This document shows positions 17,338-27,730 of a stretch of 64,000 nucleotides of DNA, piece by piece (the first letter of the stretch is position 1; each line of letters starts with the position of its first letter). The notes under the pieces were generated by a model. The model made no database searches. It was not told where the DNA came from and saw nothing but the letters and a program-made list of their open reading frames with translations. The translations under genes and the position numbers were made by a program. Source of the stretch: an uncultured delta proteobacterium (GTDB lineage Bacteria > Myxococcota_A > Polyangia > Fen-1088); assembly GCA_963755125.1 (NCBI GenBank), contig CAVWIP010000001.1:192001-256000 (forward strand). The letters are read 5' to 3'.

Positions 17338-20006
17338 TGGGCCGGCCTTCACTCGCCGCCCTGCCCATCGATCCCCTCTTGCCCGGGATGGCCACGTCGC
17401 TGCGCGCACGCGGCGCTGTCGCGATCGAAGCGCCCCCCGGCGCCGGGAAGACCACCCGCGTTCCGTTGGCCCTGCTCGATGCAGGTTTTGGCCACCGGGG
17501 AGAGATCGTCGTGTTGCAACCCCGCCGGCTACCGGCGCGCCTGGCGGCCGAACGCGTGGCCAGCGAACGGGGCGAGCGAATCGGCGAAACCGTCGGCTAC
17601 ACCGTGCGTTTCGCCGAGGAGGCTGGCCCGCACACACGCATTCGCTTCATCACCGAAGGGATCCTTCTACGCCGCCTGTTGAGCGAGCCGAATCTCCCCG
17701 GAGTGGAGGTGGTGGTTCTCGACGAGTTCCACGAGCGGCATCTGGCCAGTGACTTGGCCCTGGCGCTCTTGCGACGCCTGCAGCTTGGCGAGCGCCCTGA
17801 CCTCGGGCTGCTGGTCATGTCGGCGACCCTGGACACGGAGCCCGTGTGCGAGTTCTTGGGGGACTGCCCGCTGCTGCGCAGCGAGGGTCGCCTGTTTGAA
17901 ATCGTCGTCGAGCACTTGGCCCAGCCCGACGCGAGGCCGCTGGCCGATCAAGTCGCGAGCGCCGTGCGCCGGCTGTACCAGGAGGGCCTCGACGGCGACG
18001 TGCTGGTGTTTCTTCCTGGCGCGGCGGAAATACGCCGCGCGACCGAGAAACTTGCGTCGTTGGCCGAGCCCCGCGATCTCTTGGTTCTGCCGCTGCACGG
18101 CGACCTACCGCCTGCTGAACAGCGGCGCGCGGTGGAGCCCGCCTCGCGCCGCAAGGTGATTCTCTCCACCAATGTCGCCGAGAGTTCGGTCACCATCGAT
18201 GGCGTGGTCGCCGTGATCGATTCGGGGTTGGCCAGAATCGCCTCGCACTCACCGTGGAGCGGCCTGCCCGTCTTGACGGTGGGCAAGATCAGCCAGGCCT
18301 CGGCTGTCCAGCGCGCCGGCCGGGCGGGCCGCACCCAGCCCGGGCGAGCCCTTCGCTTGTACACCAGACACGATTTCGATTCGCGCCGGCCGCACGAGAT
18401 TCCCGAGATCGCGCGCCTCGATCTTGCAGAGGCGCTCCTGACCCTGGCGGCACTGGGCGTGCGCGATGGCGAGGGCTTCGACTGGTTCGAACGGCCGGCC
18501 GCGCCGGCGCTGCAGGCAGGGCGTGATTTGCTCCGGCGCCTGGGCTCCCTGGACGGCCAGGGCAGGCTGACCGATACGGGCCGACAGATGCTTCGCTTCC
18601 CGGTTCATCCCCGGCTGGCGAGGCTGATCGTCGAAGGTGAGCGCCGAGGTGTGGGCGAGGACGCAGCGGCGCTGGCAGCCCTGGTCGCGGAGGGTGACAT
18701 CAGCGAAATCGCGCGAACGCGGTTCGCGGGTCAGAGCCCACGCGCGGGCGCGCCGGAAGGTGCCGATCTGCTCGATAGGCTGGACCGCTTCCGCCAGGCG
18801 CGCGCGGCGCGCTTTGCGCGGGAACGGCTGCGTGGCCTGGGAGTGGATGTCCGCGCAGTCGAGGCAGCCGAGTTGGCGCGCCGGCAGCTCGCAGCAGCTT
18901 TGCGGCGCGATGGACCGGTAAAGCAGCCGACGGAGTCGCGTGGGGAGCCTGCCGGTTCCCCCTGCGGGTGCGTGGGGGGCCGAAGGGCGGAGCGAACCCT
19001 CCCAGGGTTCCCATCTCAGGCAGACGCCGTCGACGAGGCACTGGCCATGGCGACGCTGGCGGCCTTTCCCGATCGGGTGATGCGCCGACGCAGTCCGGGC
19101 AGCAGCGAGGCGCTTCTGGCCTCGGGCGGTGTCGGCGCTGTCGGGGCACAGCCACCCGATGACCTGCTCTGCGCCGTGGACGTCGAGGAGCGCAGCGCGA
19201 CCGGGGGCCGCGGCCGGACGGTGTCTGTGCGCCTCGCCGTGGGCATCCGTCCCGAATGGCTGCTTGACATCGCACCCGGCGAACTGACGGAGCGTGACGA
19301 GCTCCAGTGGAATGCGGATCGCCAGCGAGTGGAACGGGTCAGTCGCCTGCTCTACGGCGCGCTCACGCTGGAGGAATCGCGCCAGGTCGCGCCGCCTTCG
19401 CCCGAGGCAAGCCGTCTGCTCGCGGAGGCCGCTTTGACAAGCGCGCCGCGCGGACAGGAACACGGCGAGGTCCCCGTGGAGTTGCAAGCCAAACTGGAAA
19501 TTCTGCGCCAGGCCTTTCCCGAGGCCGACGTTCCTGTGCTGGACGCCCAGGAGTGGCAAGCCATGGTGGTGGCGGCGTGCGAAGGCATAACCAGCCTGGC
19601 CGAACTGCAAGCGAGCCCGATCGAGGATCGCTGGCTGGCCAGCCTGCCGCCGCAGGTGGCCCGGCTGCTGCGCGAGGAGGTGCCGGAGCGGATCCGCCTG
19701 GCCAGCGGGCGTGTGGTTCCGTTGCACTATCAAACGGGCCAGACACCCTGGATCGAGTCGCGTCTGCAAGACTTCTTCGGCATGGCCGCAGGGCCGAGCA
19801 TCTGCAAGGGGCGGGTACCGCTCACGCTGCACTTGCTGGCGCCCAACCGGCGAGCCGTGCAGGTCACCAGCGATCTGTCCAACTTTTGGCGCCAGCACTA
19901 CCCCAAGATCCGCCGCGAGCTGTGCCGTCGCTACCCGCGCCATGCATGGCCCGAAGACGGCGCCACCGCCACGCCCCCGGCGCCGATTGCGCAAAAGCGG
20001 CGATAG
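17337..20006 (+). CDS. hrpB: ATP-dependent RNA helicase HrpB
   Basis: GAGKTT, DEFHER, SAT, QRAGRAGR and HrpB C-terminal RLQDFFG..LLAPNRRAVQVT..YPRHAWP. Confidence 0.95.
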   Translation: MGRPSLAALPIDPLLPGMATSLRARGAVAIEAPPGAGKTTRVPLALLDAGFGHRGEIVVLQPRRLPARLAAERVASERGERIGETVGYTVRFAEEAGPHTRIRFITEGILLRRLLSEPNLPGVEVVVLDEFHERHLASDLALALLRRLQLGERPDLGLLVMSATLDTEPVCEFLGDCPLLRSEGRLFEIVVEHLAQPDARPLADQVASAVRRLYQEGLDGDVLVFLPGAAEIRRATEKLASLAEPRDLLVLPLHGDLPPAEQRRAVEPASRRKVILSTNVAESSVTIDGVVAVIDSGLARIASHSPWSGLPVLTVGKISQASAVQRAGRAGRTQPGRALRLYTRHDFDSRRPHEIPEIARLDLAEALLTLAALGVRDGEGFDWFERPAAPALQAGRDLLRRLGSLDGQGRLTDTGRQMLRFPVHPRLARLIVEGERRGVGEDAAALAALVAEGDISEIARTRFAGQSPRAGAPEGADLLDRLDRFRQARAARFARERLRGLGVDVRAVEAAELARRQLAAALRRDGPVKQPTESRGEPAGSPCGCVGGRRAERTLPGFPSQADAVDEALAMATLAAFPDRVMRRRSPGSSEALLASGGVGAVGAQPPDDLLCAVDVEERSATGGRGRTVSVRLAVGIRPEWLLDIAPGELTERDELQWNADRQRVERVSRLLYGALTLEESRQVAPPSPEASRLLAEAALTSAPRGQEHGEVPVELQAKLEILRQAFPEADVPVLDAQEWQAMVVAACEGITSLAELQASPIEDRWLASLPPQVARLLREEVPERIRLASGRVVPLHYQTGQTPWIESRLQDFFGMAAGPSICKGRVPLTLHLLAPNRRAVQVTSDLSNFWRQHYPKIRRELCRRYPRHAWPEDGATATPPAPIAQKRR
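18934..19020. repeat. Small palindromic repeat element inserted in frame in hrpB
   Basis: 87 bp; ends match 12479-12562 (21/22 and 24/27). Confidence 0.75.
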
Positions 20007-20019
20007 AAACGTTCATCGT

Positions 20020-21318
20020 CTACCCTGGCGCAGCCAGCGAGGGGTGCGAGATGAAGAACGGGATGGCCTCGGCCATCAGGTCGAGATCGGGATCGAGTTG
20101 CTTGCCGATGCCCTCGGTGACCGCGATGGCGATGTTCACGATGGTGAACGCCGGAGTCATGCGAATGCGGTGGCGGCGCAGGATGCCCAGCATGTCGATG
20201 AGCACCTTGCCCACCTGGACGTCGGCGAGGCGCTGGCCCCAGTAGCGGCCCACAAAATCGATGACGGAAACACGAAAAGCCTCGTAGGTCTTCTGATCGT
20301 CCGCGTGGCTGGTTGACAGCGAGTACATCTGCTTGGCCATCGTGTCGCCATCCCGCTGGGCCCAGGCTGCAAAGAAGCGCGCCAGGGCGGCACGGTGGAG
20401 CGGGTCGAGTTCCCCGACCAAGCCCAAATCGAGCAGGGCCACCCGATCGTCCGTGGTGATGAGGATGTTCCCGGGGTGCAGGTCAGCATGCACGAAACCG
20501 TCCTCGAAGATCATCTTCATGAGAGCGTGCATGCCCAGACGGGCGATGCGTTTGGGATCCGATCGCGTGTGGCCCACGCCCAGGATCTTGGTCCCTTCGA
20601 TGAAAGACATGCACAGAATGCGCTCGCTCGACAGTTCGGCCAGCACCTGGGGAAAGACCACCTCGTGCTCGTCGCGGAAGTTCTCGCGAAAGCGTTGGTT
20701 GTTGCGCGCCTCGATGCAGAAGTCGAGCTGGGCGAACACCGCGCGTCCGAATTCCTCGACCGCGAACTCGGGTTCCACGGGGACCAGGGGAGGCAGCTTG
20801 CCCAGCCAATGCGCCACCGTGCGCATGACCGCGAGGTCGAAGGTACACAACTCGACCAGATTGGGCCGCCGCACCTTGACCGCCACCACGCGGCCGTCGG
20901 GCAGGCGCGCCTTGTGCACCTGCGCGACCGAGGCCGAGGCGAGGGGAATCGGGGCAAACTCGCTGAAGATCTCGCGCAACGGCCGGTGCAGATCCTCCTC
21001 GATGGTGCGCACCACGTGGGCGAAGGGAAAGGGTCCCACGTCGTCCTGCAGGTGCTCAAGCGCGTGAGTGATGTGTTCGGGAAGCAGATCGGGGCGCGTG
21101 CTCATGATCTGTCCGACCTTGATGAAGGTGGCGCCCAGTCTGCGAAAAAGATCGAGCACACAGCGGCCAAACCAGGCCTGACGGCGTTTGCGCCCCGCGA
21201 AGGTGATGAGCAACCACAGCCAACCCACGAGCCAGTGCAACCCTTGCTGCAGGAACAGGACAAGGATGGTCAGAGCGCGGAGAAGGAGCCGCGTATTGGT
21301 GAAAGTGGCTCGCACCAT
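20020..21318 (-). CDS. AarF/UbiB (ABC1) family kinase
   Basis: FIKVGQIMSTRPDL, ASASVAQVH, VAVKV, HADLHPGN, DLG. Confidence 0.92.
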   Translation of the reverse strand: MVRATFTNTRLLLRALTILVLFLQQGLHWLVGWLWLLITFAGRKRRQAWFGRCVLDLFRRLGATFIKVGQIMSTRPDLLPEHITHALEHLQDDVGPFPFAHVVRTIEEDLHRPLREIFSEFAPIPLASASVAQVHKARLPDGRVVAVKVRRPNLVELCTFDLAVMRTVAHWLGKLPPLVPVEPEFAVEEFGRAVFAQLDFCIEARNNQRFRENFRDEHEVVFPQVLAELSSERILCMSFIEGTKILGVGHTRSDPKRIARLGMHALMKMIFEDGFVHADLHPGNILITTDDRVALLDLGLVGELDPLHRAALARFFAAWAQRDGDTMAKQMYSLSTSHADDQKTYEAFRVSVIDFVGRYWGQRLADVQVGKVLIDMLGILRRHRIRMTPAFTIVNIAIAVTEGIGKQLDPDLDLMAEAIPFFISHPSLAAPG

Positions 21319-21351
21319 CTGGGAAGGCTATGATTGTCCCACTCTCAACGA

Positions 21352-22074
21352 ATGACGTCTACCGACAGGCCGTCGCCCTATGCCGCGCTCGAGGACAAGC
21401 TCGGCTATGTTTTTCGCGATCCCACTCTGTGCGAGACCGCGCTGACTCACAGATCGTGGATGAACGAGACGCACGAGACTGATCGCTCGGACAATGAACG
21501 GCTGGAATTTCTGGGTGACTCGGTGCTGTCGTTGGCCATCAGCGACATGCTGATGCGACGCTATCCCGAGCATCCCGAGGGCGAGTTGTCGAAAGCTCGG
21601 TCGGCCCTGGTCAACGAGGCAGGCTTGGCGCGCGTGTCCGACGATCTCTTGCTGGGGCAGTGGATCTTCCTCGGGCGTGGTGAGGAACAGGCGGGCGGAC
21701 GACAGAAGCGGTCGCTCTTGTCCAATGCGCTGGAGGCACTGTTGGGCGCGGTCTATCTCGACGGGGGCTTCGCCGCCGCCAGGGGCGTCGTGGAGAGGCT
21801 GTTCCAGCCCGCGCTGGCCGACACACCGGCCAGCACTGCCCGCGATTTCAAGTCGCGATTGCAGGAAGTTTCGCAGGCCCGCATGCAACTCCAGCCCCGC
21901 TACACCATCGTCGCCGAGCACGGGCCGGATCACGACAAGATCTTCGAGATAGCCATTTTGCTCGGCGACAAGGAATACGGCCGCGCCCGCGGAAAGTCGA
22001 AGAAAGAGGCCCAGCAGAATGCGGCTGAACTGGCGCTGGCGGCGTTGCACGCCGAGCGGGGACTTCTAGCTTGA
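21352..22074 (+). CDS. rnc: Ribonuclease III
   Basis: NERLEFLGDSVL signature and C-terminal dsRBD (GKSKKEAQQNAA). Confidence 0.96.
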   Translation: MTSTDRPSPYAALEDKLGYVFRDPTLCETALTHRSWMNETHETDRSDNERLEFLGDSVLSLAISDMLMRRYPEHPEGELSKARSALVNEAGLARVSDDLLLGQWIFLGRGEEQAGGRQKRSLLSNALEALLGAVYLDGGFAAARGVVERLFQPALADTPASTARDFKSRLQEVSQARMQLQPRYTIVAEHGPDHDKIFEIAILLGDKEYGRARGKSKKEAQQNAAELALAALHAERGLLA

Positions 22075-23435
22075 TCGATGCCACGCAGATTCCCGACGAT
22101 GTGCTTGCGGTGTGTCGCCGGCTGCGCCAGGCCGGGTTCGAGGCGTATCTGGTGGGCGGCTCCGTGCGCGATCTGCTGCTGGGCCGAAGCTCAGGCGATT
22201 TCGATGTGGCGACCAGCGCCCGCCCAGAAGAGATTCTGCGTGTCTTCGGTTCGCGGTTCAGTGTCCCGACCGGGCTCCAGCATGGCACGGTGACCGTGCT
22301 GGCCGGCGCGACCCCGCGCCATGTGGAGGTCACGACCTTTCGCGGCGAGGGTGTGTATCTCGACGGACGCCATCCCTCGGTGGTGACTTTTGGCGCGACC
22401 CTGGCCGAGGATCTGTCGCGCCGGGATTTCACCATGAACGCCATCGCCTATGAGCCACAGGCGGGTGCGATCATCGATCTTCACCAGGGCCAGCAGGACA
22501 TCGCACGCCGGGTGGTGCGCACCGTGGGCGATGCCGTCCAGCGCTTCTCCGAGGATGGCCTGCGTCCCATGCGCGCCGTGCGACAGGCGACACAGCTTGG
22601 TTTCGAGGTGGACGCCGCCACACTGGCCGCCATACCGGCCACACTGGAGGTCTTCCGCAAGGTCTCGGCCGAACGCGTGCGCGACGAGCTTTTCAAGTTG
22701 TTGCGCGCGCCCGTCCCGTCACGCGGCATCGAGTTGATGCGCCAGACGGGATTGCTCGCCGAGATATTGCCCGAACTGCTGGCCGCGGTCGGGTGCCGAC
22801 AAAACCGTTTTCACAAGGACGACGTCTACCAGCACAGCCTTGCCGCTCTGGATGCCGTCCGTCCCGAACCCATCCTGCGTCTGGCGGCGTTGCTGCACGA
22901 CGTGGGCAAGCCGCGCACGCAGACACCGCAGGCAGATGCGCCGGGTGAGTTTGGTTTCTTCAAGCACGAATCAGTGGGAGCAGAGATGGCGGAAGCCATC
23001 GCCGGCCGATTGCGCCTGTCGGGCGCGGAAACCGAGTTGCTGGTCGCACTGGTGGCACACCACATGTTCTTCTACACACCCGCGTGGACCGACGGCACGG
23101 TTCGGCGTTTCGTCAACCGCGTGCATGCGGAACGCATTCCACCGCTGTTTTCCTTGCGTGAGGCCGACATCGTCAGCCGCGGGCGGGGAGAAGATCCCGA
23201 GTGCGAAACGCGCGAACTGCGCGCCCGCATCGCGCGGGTGGCGGCCGAGGATGCGGTCTTGCGGGTCAAGGATCTGGCCGTGAGCGGCGCCGACGTCATG
23301 CGCGTGCTGGGCGTGGGGCCAGGACCTCAGGTGGGGCAGGTACTCAACCGTCTGCTGGAGCGCGTGCTCGACGATCCGGCGCTCAATCAAAAGGAGACAC
23401 TGGAGCGGCTCATTCCCGAGGTGGCGGCACGCTAG
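22071..23435 (+). CDS. cca: tRNA nucleotidyltransferase (CCA- or A-adding) with HD domain
   Basis: VGGSVRD, DFDVAT, EDLSRRDFT, EDGLR, LLHDVGKP. Confidence 0.88.
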   Translation: MIDATQIPDDVLAVCRRLRQAGFEAYLVGGSVRDLLLGRSSGDFDVATSARPEEILRVFGSRFSVPTGLQHGTVTVLAGATPRHVEVTTFRGEGVYLDGRHPSVVTFGATLAEDLSRRDFTMNAIAYEPQAGAIIDLHQGQQDIARRVVRTVGDAVQRFSEDGLRPMRAVRQATQLGFEVDAATLAAIPATLEVFRKVSAERVRDELFKLLRAPVPSRGIELMRQTGLLAEILPELLAAVGCRQNRFHKDDVYQHSLAALDAVRPEPILRLAALLHDVGKPRTQTPQADAPGEFGFFKHESVGAEMAEAIAGRLRLSGAETELLVALVAHHMFFYTPAWTDGTVRRFVNRVHAERIPPLFSLREADIVSRGRGEDPECETRELRARIARVAAEDAVLRVKDLAVSGADVMRVLGVGPGPQVGQVLNRLLERVLDDPALNQKETLERLIPEVAAR

Positions 23436-24012
23436 GCACCGGGTAGGGCAGCATTTCCATCTCGGAAGCCGGTTCGCCAAGAGCGAGCGGGGCGGTGCCC
23501 GCGCGCAGCGTGGCGACCACGGGCTTCTCGATCTCGCGCAGCCTCACGACGCGATCTTCGCCGCGGTCGTCCTGCAAACAGCGCACGACGACCTGCGCGG
23601 GCTCCAGGTCAGTGGCTGCCTGGATGGCGAGGGCCGAGCAGCCAAGGAAGGCCGCGTTCATGCGATCGGCCAAAGGAGGACCCAGGTTGGGGCCGGTTTC
23701 TCCCTCCGGGAACAACACGAGGACCGGCTTCAGACGTTCGGCCACGGAGCCGAGCAAGGGGCCATGGGTTGCATCCAGTGGCGGGCCAGCGAGCGCCTCA
23801 TCTGAACAGCACAAGATGCGATCCGCGCCTGCTGTCCCCACTCGACCAGCCAGAGTCGCGAGTTCGTCGGGGTTGGTAGGCCCAAGTGCCAGAAGCGCAT
23901 ACACCGTCGCGCCGAGATCGTCGGCAACTCGTCGCGCCTCGGCCAGCGCGAAGCGGGACGCAGCGGTGATCGCCGCGTCCCGAATTTCCATGTAGGCAAT
24001 GATGCTGGCCAT
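23410..24012 (-). CDS. Stand-alone ETF alpha N-terminal-like domain protein
   Basis: IIAYMEIRDAAITAASRFALAEARRVA..GADRIL..PVVATLR; no FAD-binding C-domain. Confidence 0.65.
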   Translation of the reverse strand: MASIIAYMEIRDAAITAASRFALAEARRVADDLGATVYALLALGPTNPDELATLAGRVGTAGADRILCCSDEALAGPPLDATHGPLLGSVAERLKPVLVLFPEGETGPNLGPPLADRMNAAFLGCSALAIQAATDLEPAQVVVRCLQDDRGEDRVVRLREIEKPVVATLRAGTAPLALGEPASEMEMLPYPVPSVPPPRE

Positions 24013-24064
24013 ACGAGCCGAGCGACCATTGTACCGGGGTCCGTGGTAAAGTGGTGGAACAAGC

Positions 24065-25603
24065 ATGACCGTTGGCGAGAGCCCCCCTCTGGGCACGGAC
24101 CCGCTCATCTCGCAGCTTGTCGCGGATCGCTACCGGGTGATTCGCAAGCTGGGCGAGGGCGGGATGGGCTCCGTGTACCTGGCCGAGCACGTGGTCATCG
24201 AGAAGAAGCTCGTGCTCAAGGTGCTCGCTCCCGAACTCGCGCGGAGGGAGGATCTGGTCGCGCGTTTTCTGCAGGAGGCGCGCAGCGCCTCGCGCATCTG
24301 CCACGAGAACGTCATCGACATCTCCGATTTCGGTCAGTCCGCCGAGGGCTACGTCTACATCGCCATGGAGTACCTGGACGGCAAGGATCTGGGCGAAGTG
24401 GTGCGGGCGGAAGGGGCACTGGCCTGGTCGCGCACGCGCGACATCGTGATGCAGATCTGTCGGGCCCTGCGGGCGGCGCACGACAAGGGCATCGTCCACC
24501 GGGACATGAAACCCGAGAACATTTTCCTCATCCAGCGCGAGGGGCGGCCCGAGTTCGTGAAGATTCTCGACTTCGGCATCGCCAAGGTCATGGGACTCGA
24601 TCCGAATGGCCCACGCCTGACCCGCACCGGGATGATCTTCGGCACGCCCGAGTACATGGCGCCCGAACAGGCCGAGGGCAAGGAAGCCGATCATCGAGTG
24701 GACGTCTATGCCGTCGGCTGCATCGCTTACCACCTGATGACCGGTCAAACTCCTTTTATCGCCGACAATTTCATGGCGATTCTGACCAAGCACATGATGG
24801 AAGACCCGGTGCCGCCCAGCGTGCGCCGGCCCGATCTGGCCATCACGCCCGAGATGGACGCCCTGGTGCTGAAAGCGCTGGAGAAGGACCGCGACAATCG
24901 CTACCAGAGCATGGCGGAGTTTCTGGAAGCCTTGGCGATCTGCCGGGGGCCAGACAAGGCAACGGGCCAGCGCTCGGTCGCGGGTTACACGCGCGAGATG
25001 GGGGGCGCCCACGCCAAGGTGGCACTCAAGGTGGCCAAGCCGGCGGAGCGTGCCTCCGACACCGAGTTGGTGCCGCGTGGCTGGGAGGAAGCCGCGGCAT
25101 CAGAAATCGGGGACCGGCCGCTGGGTGGCCGCCCCAACCCGAAGCTCATTTTGGCCGCGGTGGGCGTGGCCCTGGGCGTGGCGGGAGCCGTGTGGTTTGC
25201 TCTTTCCCGCGGCAGCGCGCCTTCACCGTCGGCCCCGGCTGCGGGCGAGGCGAAAGTGATTCCGGCTCCGACGGCGGCTCCGACTCTGACGTCGGTTGCG
25301 GCTCCGGTCGCCGCCGCGTCCGTGGCAGCGCAGGCCGTTGCGCCGACTGTCCCGCCGGCGCCGGCTGCACCTGTTCCTGCGGCGCCAGCCGCGGAACCAC
25401 CTGTCGCTGCGGAGAGCACGGCGACAGCCAAGTTGGGACACCCGTCAGCGGCCCACAAGCCCAAGCCTGGCCACGCACACGCGTCGGCCGCGGCGGTGAA
25501 GCCAGGCGCCGGTCTCTCTCCTCCTCCGGTTGCCGGGCCTCCGCCGCCCAAGCCGAAGCCGCCGGCACCGCCCGCGGACCTCAAGCCGTTCCCCGGGATG
25601 TGA
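24065..25603 (+). CDS. Membrane Ser/Thr protein kinase
   Basis: GEGGMG, HRDMKPEN, DFG, APE; TM helix and Pro/Ala tail. Confidence 0.95.
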   Translation: MTVGESPPLGTDPLISQLVADRYRVIRKLGEGGMGSVYLAEHVVIEKKLVLKVLAPELARREDLVARFLQEARSASRICHENVIDISDFGQSAEGYVYIAMEYLDGKDLGEVVRAEGALAWSRTRDIVMQICRALRAAHDKGIVHRDMKPENIFLIQREGRPEFVKILDFGIAKVMGLDPNGPRLTRTGMIFGTPEYMAPEQAEGKEADHRVDVYAVGCIAYHLMTGQTPFIADNFMAILTKHMMEDPVPPSVRRPDLAITPEMDALVLKALEKDRDNRYQSMAEFLEALAICRGPDKATGQRSVAGYTREMGGAHAKVALKVAKPAERASDTELVPRGWEEAAASEIGDRPLGGRPNPKLILAAVGVALGVAGAVWFALSRGSAPSPSAPAAGEAKVIPAPTAAPTLTSVAAPVAAASVAAQAVAPTVPPAPAAPVPAAPAAEPPVAAESTATAKLGHPSAAHKPKPGHAHASAAAVKPGAGLSPPPVAGPPPPKPKPPAPPADLKPFPGM

Positions 25604-25630
25604 TCAGAGCCCAGGCAAGTAAAAATCAAG

Positions 25631-27730
25631 CTACCTCCGCCGCGGCGGACGCGCGGGCTCGCACATGATCGCCCGCCCGTTGCGTTCCTTCCCGACCAGC
25701 CCGGCGCACAACTTTTCCCCGTCGGCGGAGTCGACGTTGATGTAGCTGTGCGTGTTCATCACGTCGATGGCCGGCGTCGGCACTGACACGCCCGTGCTGG
25801 CCAGCAGTGCCGCGATCTCGTCGGTCGAGACGCTATCCTTGCGACCCAGGTTTAGATACAACCGGACCTGGCCGGGCGCTGGAGCCTGGTAGCCGGCCGC
25901 GGGGGCTTGCGTGCTAGCCACGGGCTGTGGGCTGGCCGCCGCCGGTGATGGTTCCGGCGCCTCGGTGGTCGTCTCCGGCGAGGGGGCGGCACTGGCCGCG
26001 GGCGTGCGTCCGACCTCCTCGCTCCACACTTCCCAGAATTCGCGGCCATCAATCGACGGTGCTGCGGAGGCTGACGTCGGCTGCGCTGGCCGGGCCGCCC
26101 TGGCAGGCTGCGGGCTGCGCTCGGCCCGCTCCCGTCGCTCACCCCCGGATCGCGGGCGATCCGATGAGGCGCGCTCACGGTCACGCGGGGGCCGGCCGCG
26201 ATCCGGTCTGGATCGTTCGCGATCCCGGTAGCCACGCCCATGGCGTTCCTCGGCCGGCTCGCGCGATGACCGGGTAGATTGGCCGCCGACGTTGTCGGCT
26301 GGCGCGGTTTCGGACTGCCCGCTGTCGTCGTGACGAGGTGGCTTGACGTGTTCGACATGAGCCGCTTTGTCGGCCAGTGCCTGATGCAGCAGGCATCCGA
26401 TCAGACGTTCACCGTCACCTGCGCCCATGATCCGCCGGGCCAGCGAACGCCACTCAGCGCCCACGTCGCCGGGAAGCAGGCTGCGCAGTCGCAACACGCT
26501 TTCGCCCTCGCTCTTGGAACGCAGTTCCGCCTCGGAGGGCAGCGCTCGCTCCTCGGGCCGGATCTTGTAGAGCAACTTCAGGTAGTAGAACGAACCGACC
26601 TCGGTGGGGCCGATGAGCGACACCGCGTGACCCGAGCGGCCGGCCCGACCGGTTCGACCGGTGCGGTGGATGTACGCCTCGGGCGACTCCGGGAAGGTGT
26701 AGTTGATCACGCAGGGCAAGTTTTCTATGTCGATTCCGCGTGCCGCCACGTCGGTGGCCACCAGGAAGCGGATGTTGCCGGCACGCATGCGCGCCATGAC
26801 AGTTTCGCGTTCCGACTGCGAAAGGTCCGATGAGATGGCCTCGGCGTCCAGTCCCTGACGGCGCAAGAACTCAGCCACCCGGCCGGTCTCTTCACGGGTG
26901 TTGCAGAAGATGAGCGCGCGTTCGGGATTTTCGAAGGCGAGCACGCGCGACAGCTCGGCTTCGCGCTGCCCGCCGGGGATGGAGTAGTAGATGTGGTGAA
27001 TCTCGTGCACGCCCACAAAGTCGGCCGACAGGGTCACCATTTCGGGCTGGCGCATGTAGCGCCGCGCGAGCCGCTGAATACCCTCGGGCAGGGTAGCGGA
27101 GAACAACATGGTCTGCCGCTCCTGCGGTGTCCGTTCCAGGATGGCCTCGATGTCCTCCTGAAAGCCCATGGACAGCATCTCGTCGCACTCGTCGAGCACG
27201 GCGCACTTGACCTTGTCCAGGTGCAAGGTTCCTCGTCGCAGATGGTCGAGGATACGTCCCGGCGTGCCGCAGACAATCTGCCCGCCGGCGCGGAGTTGTT
27301 CGATCTGGCGGCCCATGGGCGCGCCGCCGTACACGGGAACTATCGACAATCCCGACTGGGTGCTGATGCGCGCGATCTCGGCCGCCACCTGCAGCGCCAG
27401 TTCACGCGTGGGAAGGAGCACGATGGCCTGCACCGACTTCTGCTTGGGGTCGACCATCCCGTCGGCGAAGGGAATTCCGAAGGCCGCCGTCTTGCCTGAA
27501 CCGGTGCGGGACTGCACCATGATGTCGCGGCCGGCGCGCACCAGCGGCAGGGTCACTGACTGAACCTCCATCGGTTCGACAAATCCCATGTCCGCCAAGG
27601 CCTGCAGGACCTCGGGCCGAAGGCCCAGGTCGGCAAAGGAAGTCTTCTTCTCGACAGGGCTGTCACCCGCCGCAGCGGCCGCGGTGGACGGCACGTCGGA
27701 ACTGTCTCTGGCTTCTACTGGATCGATCAT
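25631..27730 (-). CDS. deaD: DEAD/DEAH-box RNA helicase with DbpA-type C-terminal domain (DeaD-like)
   Basis: TGSGKT, PTRELALQ, DECD, SAT, ARGID, HRTGRTGR; RLYLNLGRKD. Confidence 0.85.
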   Translation of the reverse strand: MIDPVEARDSSDVPSTAAAAAGDSPVEKKTSFADLGLRPEVLQALADMGFVEPMEVQSVTLPLVRAGRDIMVQSRTGSGKTAAFGIPFADGMVDPKQKSVQAIVLLPTRELALQVAAEIARISTQSGLSIVPVYGGAPMGRQIEQLRAGGQIVCGTPGRILDHLRRGTLHLDKVKCAVLDECDEMLSMGFQEDIEAILERTPQERQTMLFSATLPEGIQRLARRYMRQPEMVTLSADFVGVHEIHHIYYSIPGGQREAELSRVLAFENPERALIFCNTREETGRVAEFLRRQGLDAEAISSDLSQSERETVMARMRAGNIRFLVATDVAARGIDIENLPCVINYTFPESPEAYIHRTGRTGRAGRSGHAVSLIGPTEVGSFYYLKLLYKIRPEERALPSEAELRSKSEGESVLRLRSLLPGDVGAEWRSLARRIMGAGDGERLIGCLLHQALADKAAHVEHVKPPRHDDSGQSETAPADNVGGQSTRSSREPAEERHGRGYRDRERSRPDRGRPPRDRERASSDRPRSGGERRERAERSPQPARAARPAQPTSASAAPSIDGREFWEVWSEEVGRTPAASAAPSPETTTEAPEPSPAAASPQPVASTQAPAAGYQAPAPGQVRLYLNLGRKDSVSTDEIAALLASTGVSVPTPAIDVMNTHSYINVDSADGEKLCAGLVGKERNGRAIMCEPARPPRRR

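Noticed and set aside
22071..23435. CC-adding half-enzyme of a split CCA system
   Set aside because: The flexible loop between TTFR and EDL..RRDFT is present, which argues against a CC-only enzyme
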